A stretch of 64,000 nucleotides of DNA from an uncultured Deinococcaceae bacterium (GTDB taxonomy: Bacteria; Deinococcota; Deinococci; Deinococcales; Deinococcaceae), in the NCBI GenBank assembly GCA_964252075.1, contig CAXULY010000015.1, positions 1 to 64,000 on the forward strand. The letters run 5' to 3'. Position 1 is the stretch's first letter. Each line of letters starts with the position of its first letter. Positions 47,919 through 57,897 of the stretch are shown here, one piece after another. Both the position numbers and the translations under genes were made by a program. The notes beneath the pieces are model-generated. The model did no database searches and was not told the DNA's origin. It worked only from the letters and a program-made list of their open reading frames with translations.

Positions 47919-48892
47919 CGCCCCACGCGCGTGTCGCGGTCAGCGGGTACTACGGCTTCGAGAACACGGGAGATGAAGCCATCGCGCTCGCCATCACCCG
48001 CGAACTCACGCGGCTCGGCCACACGCCCCTGCTGCTCTCCCGCGATCCCGAAGCGACCACCCGCGCCTACCACGTGGAATCCGCGCCCCGCATGAGCCCC
48101 CCCGCCCTGATGCGCGCCCTCATGCGCTCCCAGGTGCTGCTCAGCGGCGGCGGCGGCCTCCTGCAGGACAAAACCAGCGCCCGCAACCTCAGCTACTACC
48201 TCGGCGTCATCCGCCTCGCCCGGCTCCTCGGCAAGCGCGCCGTGGTGTTCAACCAGTCCATCGGGCCGCTCAGCGACGCCGGACGGCAGCGCGTCCGCAC
48301 CGCGCTGCGCGGCGTGCGCGCCGTCGTGCGTGACCGCGCCAGCCAGCAACTCCTCGCGGGCCTCGGCATCACCGCCGAACTGGGCGGCGACCCCGCCCTG
48401 CTCCTCACGCCCAGCCCCGGCCTCGCCCGCGACCCGGACCTCGTGGTCCTCGCGCCCCGCGGCGACGAGCACGAAGCCACCACGCGCCTCGCGCGGCTCT
48501 CCGCGCGCCTGCGCGCCGAGGGCCGGCGCGTCGAGGCGCTCAGTTTCATGCCCAGCGTGGACGACGAAGCCGCGCACCGCGTCGCGGACCACGTGATGAG
48601 TACCACCGAACCGCAACGCGCGCTCGACACCATCGCCTCCGCGGGCTTCGTGGTCGGCGTGCGCCTGCACGCCGTGATCCTCGCCGCCGCCGCCGGCACG
48701 CCCTTCGCGGGCATCAGCTACGACCCCAAAGTGCAGGGCTTCTGCACGGACGCCGGCGCGACCGCCGTCGAGACGGACTTCGACCCCGAGGCGCTCGCAC
48801 TCACCGTGCTGGACCGCCAGCAGCCCGACTGGGCGGCGGTGGAAGCCATGAAGCGCCGCGCGCGCGACAGCTTCGAGTGGGCGCTGAAGTAA
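47915..48892 (+). CDS. csaB: Polysaccharide pyruvyl transferase CsaB
   Basis: SGYYGFENTGDEAI, SGGGGLLQDKTS, QSIGP, VRD, GVRLHA, ISYDPKV; TTG start overlapping the upstream stop. Confidence 0.92.
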   Translation: MTPHARVAVSGYYGFENTGDEAIALAITRELTRLGHTPLLLSRDPEATTRAYHVESAPRMSPPALMRALMRSQVLLSGGGGLLQDKTSARNLSYYLGVIRLARLLGKRAVVFNQSIGPLSDAGRQRVRTALRGVRAVVRDRASQQLLAGLGITAELGGDPALLLTPSPGLARDPDLVVLAPRGDEHEATTRLARLSARLRAEGRRVEALSFMPSVDDEAAHRVADHVMSTTEPQRALDTIASAGFVVGVRLHAVILAAAAGTPFAGISYDPKVQGFCTDAGATAVETDFDPEALALTVLDRQQPDWAAVEAMKRRARDSFEWALK

Positions 48893-49154
48893 ACGGCGCG
48901 GCAATGCAGCGGGCGCGGCGAGTGAGGCCGCGCCCGCTTGGTTCAGGAGAGGGACGCGTTCTTTTCTGGAGTGAGGGACTCCCTACTGCCGAGTGCGCAG
49001 GGGGGAGCGACCCTGCGCTGGGCGTGCCTGCGGTCGGGGTCACGAGGAGGCGCCGCTTCCCGCCTGACCCGTGGCCTACAAGTCAGGAGGAGCCGCCTGG
49101 GATGGTGGCCAGCCCCGGTGCAGCGGACCGGTCTTCACCCGGGTGAATCCCGCT

Positions 49155-49736
49155 CTACGGCGCGTCGTGCTTCAGCGCGCCGTGCAGGAAGAGGTGCGTG
49201 AGCTGATCGGCGAGGTGTTCCGCTTCCGGCACGGCGGGCGCCGTCACGTACGGCGAGATGAGGCCCATCAGGGTGCGCGCCGCGAGACCCGGCGGGACGC
49301 TCAGGAGGTCCGCGCGGGCGGCCTCCTGCATCCAGCCCTCCACCGCCCCGAAGAACGCTGCGCGGTAGCGCGCCTCAAAATCCGCGCGTTTGTCCGGCGC
49401 GATGTGCTTGAGTTCAGCCGCGAGGCCCATCGCGGGGCGGTACCGCGCGGCGCCCACGATGAGGTCCAGCGCCAGGGTTCGCACCTGCGCGGTGAAGTCC
49501 TCGCGGGACAGCGCGTCCGCGACGGCACCCCTAAGGTCCGCGAGGGCGCCCTCCATGATCGCCAGGAACAGCGCTTCCTTGTCCGCGTAGTGGTGGTACA
49601 GGGCGGGCTTCGTGACGCCCACCGCCTCCGCCACCTCGCGCATGCTCACGCCGTGGTACCCGCGCGCCGCGAACAGCCGCGCGCCCTCCCGCAGGATGCG
49701 GTCGCGCGTGCTGTGGTCCGTGAAGCTCGCGGTCAC
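49155..49736 (-). CDS. TetR/AcrR family regulator
   Basis: RDRILREGARLFAARGYHGVSMREVAEAVGVTKPALYHHY; GTGA overlap with the upstream gene. Confidence 0.92.
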   Translation of the reverse strand: MTASFTDHSTRDRILREGARLFAARGYHGVSMREVAEAVGVTKPALYHHYADKEALFLAIMEGALADLRGAVADALSREDFTAQVRTLALDLIVGAARYRPAMGLAAELKHIAPDKRADFEARYRAAFFGAVEGWMQEAARADLLSVPPGLAARTLMGLISPYVTAPAVPEAEHLADQLTHLFLHGALKHDAP

Positions 49737-50194
49737 GCCGTGTAACCCCACAGGCGCAGCAGGGGGCGCCACCACGGAATGGCGATCACGATGACGAGCA
49801 GGCTCAGGCCGTAGCACAGGGCCGCCGCGCGGAACTTCCCGAGGTCCGTCGCCCGACGCCGCGCGAGCGCGCCGCCCAGCGTCGCGAGGACCGCCGCCAG
49901 GATCATCGCGAAGATGTGCTCCACCGCGAAGAACCGCAGCTGGCTGTCCCGCATCGCCGCGCCGAAGTTGCTGAAGATCACGCGCATGAGGGGCGACAGG
50001 CCCACGTACAGCAGCAGGCCCAGCACCACCTGCAGGGACACCAGCCCGGTGTACGCGGCGCCCGCCGCGCGGTCGGCGCTCGTCCACGCGCGCCGACCGG
50101 AGAGGCCCGGCAGCACGCGCGCCAGCGCCACCACCGCGGCGATCAGCACGGCCCAGCGCAGGAGGTTGTGGAGGGTCAGGAGCGTCTCGTACAT
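49733..50194 (-). CDS. Four-TM membrane protein with two conserved-looking His residues (cytochrome b-like?)
   Basis: [33 protein letters not shown] 6 nt before ATG. Confidence 0.78.
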   Translation of the reverse strand: MYETLLTLHNLLRWAVLIAAVVALARVLPGLSGRRAWTSADRAAGAAYTGLVSLQVVLGLLLYVGLSPLMRVIFSNFGAAMRDSQLRFFAVEHIFAMILAAVLATLGGALARRRATDLGKFRAAALCYGLSLLVIVIAIPWWRPLLRLWGYTA

Positions 50195-50301
50195 GCGCGC
50201 AGCTTACCCAAAAACGCGCCCTCCCTGCGCCCTTCACCCTCTACGAACAACGTTCCCTGCGCGCCACACCCGCCGCGCGCCCGGCGGTAGGATGCGCCGT
50301 T

Positions 50302-51681
50302 ATGACCGCCGCACCCGCCCGCCCGCGCGATCCGCGCGCCCTCGCCACCGCCGGGCTGCTGCTCGGCATTTTTCTGGCGGCACTGGAATCCAGCGTGATC
50401 GCCACCGCCATGCCGAGCGTCATCCGCGACCTCGGCGGGCGCGCGCTGTACGCCCTGCCGTTCGCGGTGTATCTGCTGACCAGCACCGTCTCCAGCCCCC
50501 TGTGGGGCCGTGCAAGTGACATTGTGGGCCGCAAGCGGCTGTACCTGATCGGGGTGGTGCTGTTCCTGCTGGGCTCCGGCCTGTGCGGCGCCGCGCAGAA
50601 CATGACGTGGCTGATCCTCGCGCGCGCGCTGCAGGGCATTGGCGCGGGCGCCGTGCTGCCCCTCACCATCACGTTGGTGGGGGAGATGTACTCCATGCAG
50701 GAACGCGCGCGCGTGCAGAGCCTCATCAGCGGCGTGTGGGGCGTCTCGGGCCTCGTCGGGCCGCTCATCGGGGGGCTCATCGTGGACCACGCGTCGTGGC
50801 GCTGGGTGTTCTACCTGAACCTGCCGTTCGGCATTCCGGCGTTCATCATGGTGTGGCGCTACCTGCAGGAGACCGGCGCGCGCCGCGCCGCGCAAGGCAT
50901 CGACTGGGTGGGCGCCCTGCTCTTCACGCTCGGCAGCGGCCTGCTCGTGTGGGGCCTGGAACTCAAGACGTGGTGGCAGGTGGGCCTGGGCCTCGTGGTG
51001 CTGGTCGCGGCCGTCGCGCTGGAGTTCCGCCACCCCTCGCCCCTGCTGCCCACCACCAGCCTCCGCCAGCGCCTCCCGCGCGTCGGCATCCTCGACAACC
51101 TCCTCGCGGGCGGCGCGTACTTCGGCATCATCGCGTACCTCCCGCTGTTCGCGCAGGGCGTGAGCGGCACGGGCGCCACCGCCGCCGGGCTCATCCTCAC
51201 GCCCATGCTGGTCGGCTGGACGAGCGCCAGCATCTTCGGTGCGCGCCTCATGGTCAAGGTGGGGCCCACGCGCATCACCCTCATCGGCTTCGCGGTCCTC
51301 ACGGCGGCCTTCGCGGCCTTCGCGGCGCTCGCCTTCGCGCCCTTGTGGGTGCTGTCCGCGGTCGGCCTCTTCGCGGGCGCCGGCATGGGCTTCTCCATGC
51401 TGAGCCTGCTGCTCGCCGTGCAGGGCGCCACCCCGAAAGGCGAGCTAGGCGCCGTCACGAGCGCCATCCTGTTCGCGCGGAACATGGGCGGCGCCCTCGG
51501 CACGGCCCTCATGGCCCTCCTCATCGGGCCAGCCGCCATCGCGCGCGGCGGCGAGGCCCTCGCGGGCGGCCTGCAGCGCGCCTTCCTGCTGGGCCTCGGC
51601 CTGATCCTCGTCGCGTACGCCCTCGCCCTCACCCTGCGCGGCCAGGGTCAGGGGCAGGCGAAGGAGGTCGGGGCGGACTGA
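50302..51681 (+). CDS. MFS drug:H+ antiporter (DHA2-like)
   Basis: [44 protein letters not shown]. Confidence 0.92.
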   Translation: MTAAPARPRDPRALATAGLLLGIFLAALESSVIATAMPSVIRDLGGRALYALPFAVYLLTSTVSSPLWGRASDIVGRKRLYLIGVVLFLLGSGLCGAAQNMTWLILARALQGIGAGAVLPLTITLVGEMYSMQERARVQSLISGVWGVSGLVGPLIGGLIVDHASWRWVFYLNLPFGIPAFIMVWRYLQETGARRAAQGIDWVGALLFTLGSGLLVWGLELKTWWQVGLGLVVLVAAVALEFRHPSPLLPTTSLRQRLPRVGILDNLLAGGAYFGIIAYLPLFAQGVSGTGATAAGLILTPMLVGWTSASIFGARLMVKVGPTRITLIGFAVLTAAFAAFAALAFAPLWVLSAVGLFAGAGMGFSMLSLLLAVQGATPKGELGAVTSAILFARNMGGALGTALMALLIGPAAIARGGEALAGGLQRAFLLGLGLILVAYALALTLRGQGQGQAKEVGAD

Positions 51682-51722
51682 GCGGGGTTGGCGCTCCGCG
51701 TGCACGCACGCCACACTGAGCT

Positions 51723-52666
51723 GTGCGGACGCTGCTCTTGGCCCTCGTCCTCAGCGGCACCCCGGTGGGTGTGGCGGGCGTGACCCTGCAGGGCTTCTCT
51801 GCCGGGGGCGATGTGGTCACCCGTGCGCCGGACGCCCCTTCAATCGAGGTGCGCCGCGCGGCGGATGGACTGGTGGAGCGCACGGTCGGCCTGCCGGACG
51901 TCGGGGATGGACGGTTCCTGCTGGCGTTCACCCCATACATGGAGGGCGTCGCGGCCATCCGCGCGCCGTCCACGCTGCCCGAACAGGGCGGTCGCCTGAC
52001 CGCGCGGCCGGGCGGACCTGGACGGCGGACACCGAAGGGCTGGGCGGCACCACCGCCTTGGCCTTCAATCCGGACGGAAAAACCGTGCTGGCCGGGAATG
52101 ACTCCGGGTACGTGCAGGTCTGGAACGCCCGCACGGGCGAGCGCGAGCGCACCATCCTAGGCCCCGGCTGGGGTGTGGAGCAGCTGGTGTTCAGCCCGGA
52201 TGGCCGTCACCTGTTCGCGCAGGCGCGGGGCGGCGCGGCGCTGTACGACACTGCGACGTGGCGACCCCAGCCGCTCGGCGTCCCGTACCTGTACGTGAGG
52301 TCGTCGTCTGCAGCGGCCTTCACCCCGGATGGCCGCGCGCTCCTCGTGGCGGACGGGTACAACCGGGTGAAGGTGCTTGAGGTGGCGTCAGGCCGCGTTG
52401 TACGGGAGTTGCCGCGCCCGACCTTCGCCTGTGGGGACGCGCGCCTGTGCGGACACGGCGCGCAGACGGTCAGCATCACGCGGGATGGCCGCACCGTGCT
52501 GGTGGGGTATGTGGGCGGCGACGTGGCCCTCTACAACTTCACTACGGGTCAGCTGCTCAGGCGTTTGCCCGTCGCTGGCCCGGATGTTCGGCTCACGCCG
52601 GACGGCGCGCTGCTGGTGCGGAACGAGGACCAGCCCGCGGCGGTCACCGTGTATCGCCTGCCATAA
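51723..52666 (+). pseudogene. Secreted WD40-repeat protein split by a frameshift
   Basis: ORF 51723 has a signal peptide; WD40 repeats (ALAFNPDG..VQVWNARTG, LVFSPDG, AAFTPDG) continue in another frame to TAA 52666. Shift lies around 51960-52055. Confidence 0.7.
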
Positions 52667-52805
52667 CAAAGACGGGCTGAAAGTGGAATTTTCGGCCCCT
52701 GCACTGAGCCCACCACCGCCAGGTTCTTTGGAACCAGCATAAATTGAAGTTACGGGCGCCTCGGTTAACTTGTTAGGTCTCAATTTGTCCTAAGGTGGCT
52801 GATGT

Positions 52806-53210
52806 TTAACGGTTCCACCGACAGTGCTCGGATCCACAGCGGCATCCTTCGAGGCTCGTTGCGTCGTGATAGTCAGCGGTGATTTCCTCGCCTGCACGAA
52901 TGTCGCGCGCGGTCACATACTGGGTGGCTTTCGGGTCGCGCGAGAGGTCGAGCGCGTTGGGCGCGCAGGAGTGGTTGACGTAGTAGTGGAATACCTTCGG
53001 TGTGACGATGAAGAGGTCATCCCCCAGCGTTTCCTGGTTGTACAGCTCGGCTTGAAGCAGGAGCTGTCCGCTGCGCCATTCCTCTCCCGTAAAAATGAGC
53101 CCGCCTGTGACCAGAACAAGCAATTCACCAGCGGAGATGTCGTGTGTGGCGAAGGTTCCGATGCCATGAATGGGCGACGGTCGCAGAACGAGGCGACGGT
53201 CAAACCACAT
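52806..53210 (-). CDS. SET domain protein-lysine methyltransferase with post-SET Cys motif
   Basis: SPIHGIGTFA, YVNHSCAPN, ARDIRAGEEITADY, CRCGSEHC; GGAGG RBS before ATG 53210. Confidence 0.9.
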   Translation of the reverse strand: MWFDRRLVLRPSPIHGIGTFATHDISAGELLVLVTGGLIFTGEEWRSGQLLLQAELYNQETLGDDLFIVTPKVFHYYVNHSCAPNALDLSRDPKATQYVTARDIRAGEEITADYHDATSLEGCRCGSEHCRWNR

Positions 53211-53239
53211 CGTGGTCGCCTCCGTCTGCGGGCGCGTGC

Positions 53240-54826
53240 TTACCCCACCACCGTTAAATCCTTCGGCAGCGGCAGGAACTCGATTTCCGGGTGCTGCTTC
53301 TGGGTGTATTCGGCGTCCCACTCGCTGGTGAACAGCATGACGGGGCGACCCTGGTCGTCCTCGACGCTCTTCGCGAAGCGCGCGAGCGCGCCCGTCTCGC
53401 CCGCCAGCCAGCGCACGAGGCGGTAGCGGGCGGGCAGGAGTTCCACCTGCACACCGTACTCCTCGTTCATGCGGTGCGCGAACACCTCGAACTGCAGTTG
53501 CCCCACCGCGCCCAGGATGGGGTCGCGCGCGCCGTCGGTGGGGTAGAAGACCTGCACGACGCCCTCCTCCGTGAGCTGCTCGATGCCCTTGCGGAAGGCC
53601 TTGCGTTTGCTGACGTCCTTGGGTGAGGCGTTCACGAAGTGCTCGGGCGTGAAGCGCGGGAAGCCCTCCACGGTCACGCCGCCCTCCACGCTCACCACGT
53701 CCCCGATCTGGAACACGCCGGGGTTCACGAGGCCCACGATGTCGCCGGGGTACGCGACCTCGACGCTCTCGCGGTCCTGCCCGAACAGGGTGCTGGCGCG
53801 CGAGAGGCGCAGTTCGCGGTTCGTGCGGGTGTGCCGCACCTCCATGCCGCGCTCGAACTTCCCGGTGGCGACGCGCATGAAGGCGGTGCGGTCGCGGTGG
53901 TGTTTGCTCATGTTGGCCTGCAGCTTGAAGATGAAGCCCGTGAAGCTCGCGTCGGTGGGGCGCTCACCGCGCGTGGTGGGCAGGGGGCCGGGCGCGGGCG
54001 CGAGCGTCACGAAGCGGTCCAGGAAGTGCTGCACGCCGAAGTTCGTGATGGCGCTCCCGAAGAACACGGGGGTGAGTTCGCCCTGCTGGAAGGCCGCCTC
54101 GTCGAAGGGGTCCATGGCGCCCTCAATGAGTTCCACGTCCTCACGCAGCTTCTTGGCGAGCTCGGCGCCGACCAGCGCGTCGAGTTCCGCGCTGTCCAGG
54201 CTGGACATGTGCACGGGCGCCATCTTCTTGCCGCGCGTGGTGCGCTCGAACACGTGCACCTGCCGCGTCGCGAGGTCGAACACGCCCTTGAAGTCCGGGC
54301 CGTCCCCGATGGGCCACGTCATGGGCACCGTGCGGATCTTCAGGGTTTCCTCGACCTGGTTCAGCAGCTCGAAGGGGTCCTGCGCGGGGCGGTCCATCTT
54401 GTTCACGAAGGTCAGGATGGGGATGCCGCGGTTGCGGCAGACCGCGAAGAGCTTCACGGTCTGCTCCTGCACGCCGCGCGCGCCGTCCAGCACCATCAAG
54501 GCGCTGTCCGCCGCGACGAGCGTGCGGAAGGTGTCCTCGCTGAAGTCCTGGTGGCCGGGCGTGTCCAGCAGGTTCACGTGCCGCCCCGCGTACTCGAATG
54601 ACAGCGCGCTGGACGTGATGGAGATGCCGCGCGCCTGCTCCATGCTCATCCAGTCGCTCTTGGTCTGCGCGCTGCCCTCGCGGGCCGTGACGCTGCCCGC
54701 CTCCAGGATCGCACCTCCGTACAGCAGGAGCTTCTCGGTGATGGTGGTCTTGCCGGCGTCCGGGTGGCTGATGATGGCGAAGGTGCGCCGCCGCTGGGTC
54801 TCGAATTGCAGTTCTGGGTCACTCAT
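53240..54826 (-). CDS. prfC: Peptide chain release factor 3
   Basis: [54 protein letters not shown]. Confidence 0.97.
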   Translation of the reverse strand: MSDPELQFETQRRRTFAIISHPDAGKTTITEKLLLYGGAILEAGSVTAREGSAQTKSDWMSMEQARGISITSSALSFEYAGRHVNLLDTPGHQDFSEDTFRTLVAADSALMVLDGARGVQEQTVKLFAVCRNRGIPILTFVNKMDRPAQDPFELLNQVEETLKIRTVPMTWPIGDGPDFKGVFDLATRQVHVFERTTRGKKMAPVHMSSLDSAELDALVGAELAKKLREDVELIEGAMDPFDEAAFQQGELTPVFFGSAITNFGVQHFLDRFVTLAPAPGPLPTTRGERPTDASFTGFIFKLQANMSKHHRDRTAFMRVATGKFERGMEVRHTRTNRELRLSRASTLFGQDRESVEVAYPGDIVGLVNPGVFQIGDVVSVEGGVTVEGFPRFTPEHFVNASPKDVSKRKAFRKGIEQLTEEGVVQVFYPTDGARDPILGAVGQLQFEVFAHRMNEEYGVQVELLPARYRLVRWLAGETGALARFAKSVEDDQGRPVMLFTSEWDAEYTQKQHPEIEFLPLPKDLTVVG

Positions 54827-54907
54827 GGGTGGGGTCCTCGGTGGTGGGGAAGGTCAGGTCACGCGAACGCCGCCGCGCCCACTCCGGGCACGGCGCCTGA
54901 GGGGCAC

Positions 54908-54988
54908 TCAGTGGGCCTGAACGGCGGCTGGCCGCACGCGGGCCGTGCGGCGCGCGGGGCGCGCTTCGGCGGTGCGGCGGGCAGGCAT
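54908..54988 (-). CDS. Putative leaderless 26-aa uORF of prfC (MPARRTAEARPARRTARVRPAAVQAH)
   Basis: TATGCT (55000-54995) 6 nt before ATG 54988; TGA 54910-54908. Confidence 0.5.
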   Translation of the reverse strand: MPARRTAEARPARRTARVRPAAVQAH

Positions 54989-55046
54989 GCGCCCAGCATA
55001 CCGAAATCACGGCGGGTGGGCGGGGTGCGCGCCACCATCGCGGCGG

Positions 55047-56531
55047 TCAGGGGAGCGGCAGGGTGAAGGCCACCGTGAGGCCCGACCCGCCGGGCGCGTC
55101 CTGAAGCCAGATGCGCCCGCCGTGCCGCTCGATCACCTGACGGCACAGCGCGAGGCCCACGCCGCTGCCTTCCGGCCCGCCGCCTGGGTGCACGCGCTGG
55201 AAGAGCCGGAAGGCCTGATCGCGGTACGCGGCGGGAATGCCGGGACCGTCATCCGTGATGTGCACGGTGCACCACCGCGCGTCCGCGCTGGCGGTCACCT
55301 GCACGCGCGGCGGCTGCCCGGCGCGGCGGTGCGTGATGGCGTTGCTCATCAGCTGCTCGAAGACGCGCCGCAGCAGACCCGGGTCTCCCACCACGCGCGG
55401 CAGCGCCTCCACGTGAACCGTGGCGTCCGCCTCGCTCAGCTGCTCCTGGAGGCGCTCGGCGGCCTCGCGCGCGACGGCGTGCAGGTCCACCGCCACGAGT
55501 TTCAGGTCCGCCTGCTGCACGCGGGCGTAACCCAGCAGGTCGTCCACCTGCTCGTTCATGCGGCGCGAGGCCTGCGCGATGAAGCGCAGGTCGCGCTGCG
55601 TGCGGGGGTCGGCGCTGGTGCCCAGGCGGCGCTCCAGCAGCTCACTGAAGCTCGTGAGGGTGCGCAGCGGCGTCTTGAGGTCGTGGCTCGCCACGAACGC
55701 GAACTGGTCGAGTTCGCGGTTGCTGCGCTCCAGGCGCGCGTTGGCGGCCTGCAGTTCGTGCACGAGGCCTTCCAGGCGCTCCGCCATGCCGTTGAAGGCG
55801 CTGGAGAGGGTCTCGCCCTCGCGGTAGGCGGAATGGGGCATGCGCACGCTCTGGTCGCCCACCCCGAAGGCTTCGGCGGCGGCGGTGGCGTCCACCAGCA
55901 CGCCGCGCATGGCGAGGTTCAGGCGCCGCCCGGCGAGGAGCAGCGCCAGGGTGGCGATCAGCAGCAGGGCGGCCGTGCAGAGGCCGCCCACCGTCACGGC
56001 CTGCGCGACGCCCGCGCTGCGCGTCAGTTCGCGCCCCACCTGCGCGCGGTCGTTCGTCAGGGCGGCGCGCAGGGCGTCCATGACGCTCTTGCTGCGTCCC
56101 GTCGCGACCAGCGCCGCCGCGCGCGGCGCGCTGTCCTGGCGCGCCACGACCTCCCGCGCGCCGAGGTCCAGCCACTGCACGGTGAGGGCGCGCAGCTCCC
56201 CACGCGCGTGGAAGCCCGGCACGGTGCGCGTCGCCAGCTGCTCCAGCCGCGTCACGTCCGGCATGACGCGGCCGCGCGCGGCGCGGTACGGCTGCAGGAA
56301 CCGCGGGTTGCCCGTGATGACGTACCCACGCACGCCGGTCTCCAGGTCGATCAGGTCGCTCTGCACGCGTTCCAGCCGCACCAGCACCGCCTGCACGTCC
56401 CTGACGTGGTTGCTGGTGCGCGCGCTCTGCCACACCAGCACCAGCAGCGACAGGGCCGCCAGGGCCAGCGCGGTGACGCTGGCCCACTGGAAGCGCGTGT
56501 GGAAGGCGAAGATGCTGGGCGGTGAGCGCAT
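55047..56531 (-). CDS. CHASE3-domain sensor histidine kinase
   Basis: DLETGVRGYVITGNPRFLQPY (CHASE3); FAFVASHDLKTPL H-box; QLMSNA, DDGPGI, FQR, GSGVGL. Confidence 0.92.
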   Translation of the reverse strand: MRSPPSIFAFHTRFQWASVTALALAALSLLVLVWQSARTSNHVRDVQAVLVRLERVQSDLIDLETGVRGYVITGNPRFLQPYRAARGRVMPDVTRLEQLATRTVPGFHARGELRALTVQWLDLGAREVVARQDSAPRAAALVATGRSKSVMDALRAALTNDRAQVGRELTRSAGVAQAVTVGGLCTAALLLIATLALLLAGRRLNLAMRGVLVDATAAAEAFGVGDQSVRMPHSAYREGETLSSAFNGMAERLEGLVHELQAANARLERSNRELDQFAFVASHDLKTPLRTLTSFSELLERRLGTSADPRTQRDLRFIAQASRRMNEQVDDLLGYARVQQADLKLVAVDLHAVAREAAERLQEQLSEADATVHVEALPRVVGDPGLLRRVFEQLMSNAITHRRAGQPPRVQVTASADARWCTVHITDDGPGIPAAYRDQAFRLFQRVHPGGGPEGSGVGLALCRQVIERHGGRIWLQDAPGGSGLTVAFTLPLP

Positions 56532-56633
56532 GCAGGGTGGGCGCGGCGCCAGAAGTCCGGCGTGGCCCCGTCAGTATAGGGCGCGGTGCCCAGCCCGATG
56601 AACGCATGTTCAAGCAGATGCCATAAAGCTCAC

Positions 56634-56660
56634 AAAAAAGCCCACGCGCGGGGCGTGGGC
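56634..56660 (-). terminator. Rho-independent terminator of rpmE
   Basis: GCCCACGC stem followed by TTTTTT on the minus strand. Confidence 0.8.
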
Positions 56661-56679
56661 TCGGGTCGGCGGGATGGCT

Positions 56680-56895
<216 letters not shown>

Positions 56896-56955
56896 GCTCG
56901 CTCCTCCTGCCTCACGGTCTTGGTCGTGACGCACAACCCTATGATTGTAGCACGT

Positions 56956-57006
56956 CAGGGCGCGCGGTGGATGGCGCACTAGGTGCGCCATCCACCGCGC
57001 GCCCTG
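56956..57006. repeat. Perfect 24-bp inverted repeat with 3-nt loop
   Basis: CAGGGCGCGCGGTGGATGGCGCAC-TAG-GTGCGCCATCCACCGCGCGCCCTG. Confidence 0.85.
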
Positions 57007-57075
57007 CGCCCGGGGCAAAACGGGAAGTGGGGCACTCACGCGGGCGCCCCACCTCGCTTCAAGTTGCCCGGCGCC

Positions 57076-57897
57076 TTACTTGTCCTGCCCGAGCGCGAAG
57101 CCGCGCGAGAACTGCTCCTGCAGCGCCGTGAACACCACCAGCGGCGGCAGGATCGCCAGGATCGCGGCGGCCATCACGACGCCCCAGTCCGTCTGCCCGC
57201 CGCCCACATCAATGAGCTTGCGCAGGCCCACCTGCACCACCTGTTTGTCGTCGTTCTGCATGATGACGAGCGGCCACAGGTACTGGTCCCAGGCGTACAC
57301 GAACTGAATGACGGCGAGCGCCCCGATGGTGTTCCAGCTCATGGGGATCAGCACGCTCGTCAGGAAGCGCAGGGGACCGCAGCCGTCCAGCCTCGCGGCG
57401 TCCGCGAGGCTCGCGGGGATGTTCATGAAGTGCTGCCGGAACAGGAACGTCCCCGTCGCGCTCGCCAGGAACGGCACCACGATCGCGGCGTAGGTGTCCG
57501 CCCAGTGCAGGTCGCGGCTCACGAGGTCGAAGAGCGCAATGATCAGCACCTCGGTGGGCATCATCAGCGAGATCAGCACCAGCGCGAACGCCGCGCCCTT
57601 CAGCGGGAAGCGGAAGTACACGAAGGCGAGCGCCGCCAGCACGGACAGCAGCGTCTTGCCGACCGTGACGAGCACCGTCACGACCGCGCTGTTCAGCAGG
57701 TAATGCCCGAGGTGCGCCTGCGTCCAGGCCCGCGCGGCGTTCGCGAAGAACTCCCCGCCTGGCAGCAGGCTGGGGCCCTGCACCGTGAAGCTGTCCTGCG
57801 TGGCCTTCACGAGCGCGAACAGCAGCGGCGCGCTCACCAGGAACACCGCGATGATCAGCGCGAGGTGCGTGAGGGCCACTTGACCTCTACGCACCAT
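57076..57897 (-). CDS. ugpE: Carbohydrate/glycerol-3-phosphate ABC permease (UgpE-like)
   Basis: ASATGTFLFRQHF, LADAARLDG EAA loop, WDQYLWPL. Confidence 0.82.
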   Translation of the reverse strand: MVRRGQVALTHLALIIAVFLVSAPLLFALVKATQDSFTVQGPSLLPGGEFFANAARAWTQAHLGHYLLNSAVVTVLVTVGKTLLSVLAALAFVYFRFPLKGAAFALVLISLMMPTEVLIIALFDLVSRDLHWADTYAAIVVPFLASATGTFLFRQHFMNIPASLADAARLDGCGPLRFLTSVLIPMSWNTIGALAVIQFVYAWDQYLWPLVIMQNDDKQVVQVGLRKLIDVGGGQTDWGVVMAAAILAILPPLVVFTALQEQFSRGFALGQDK

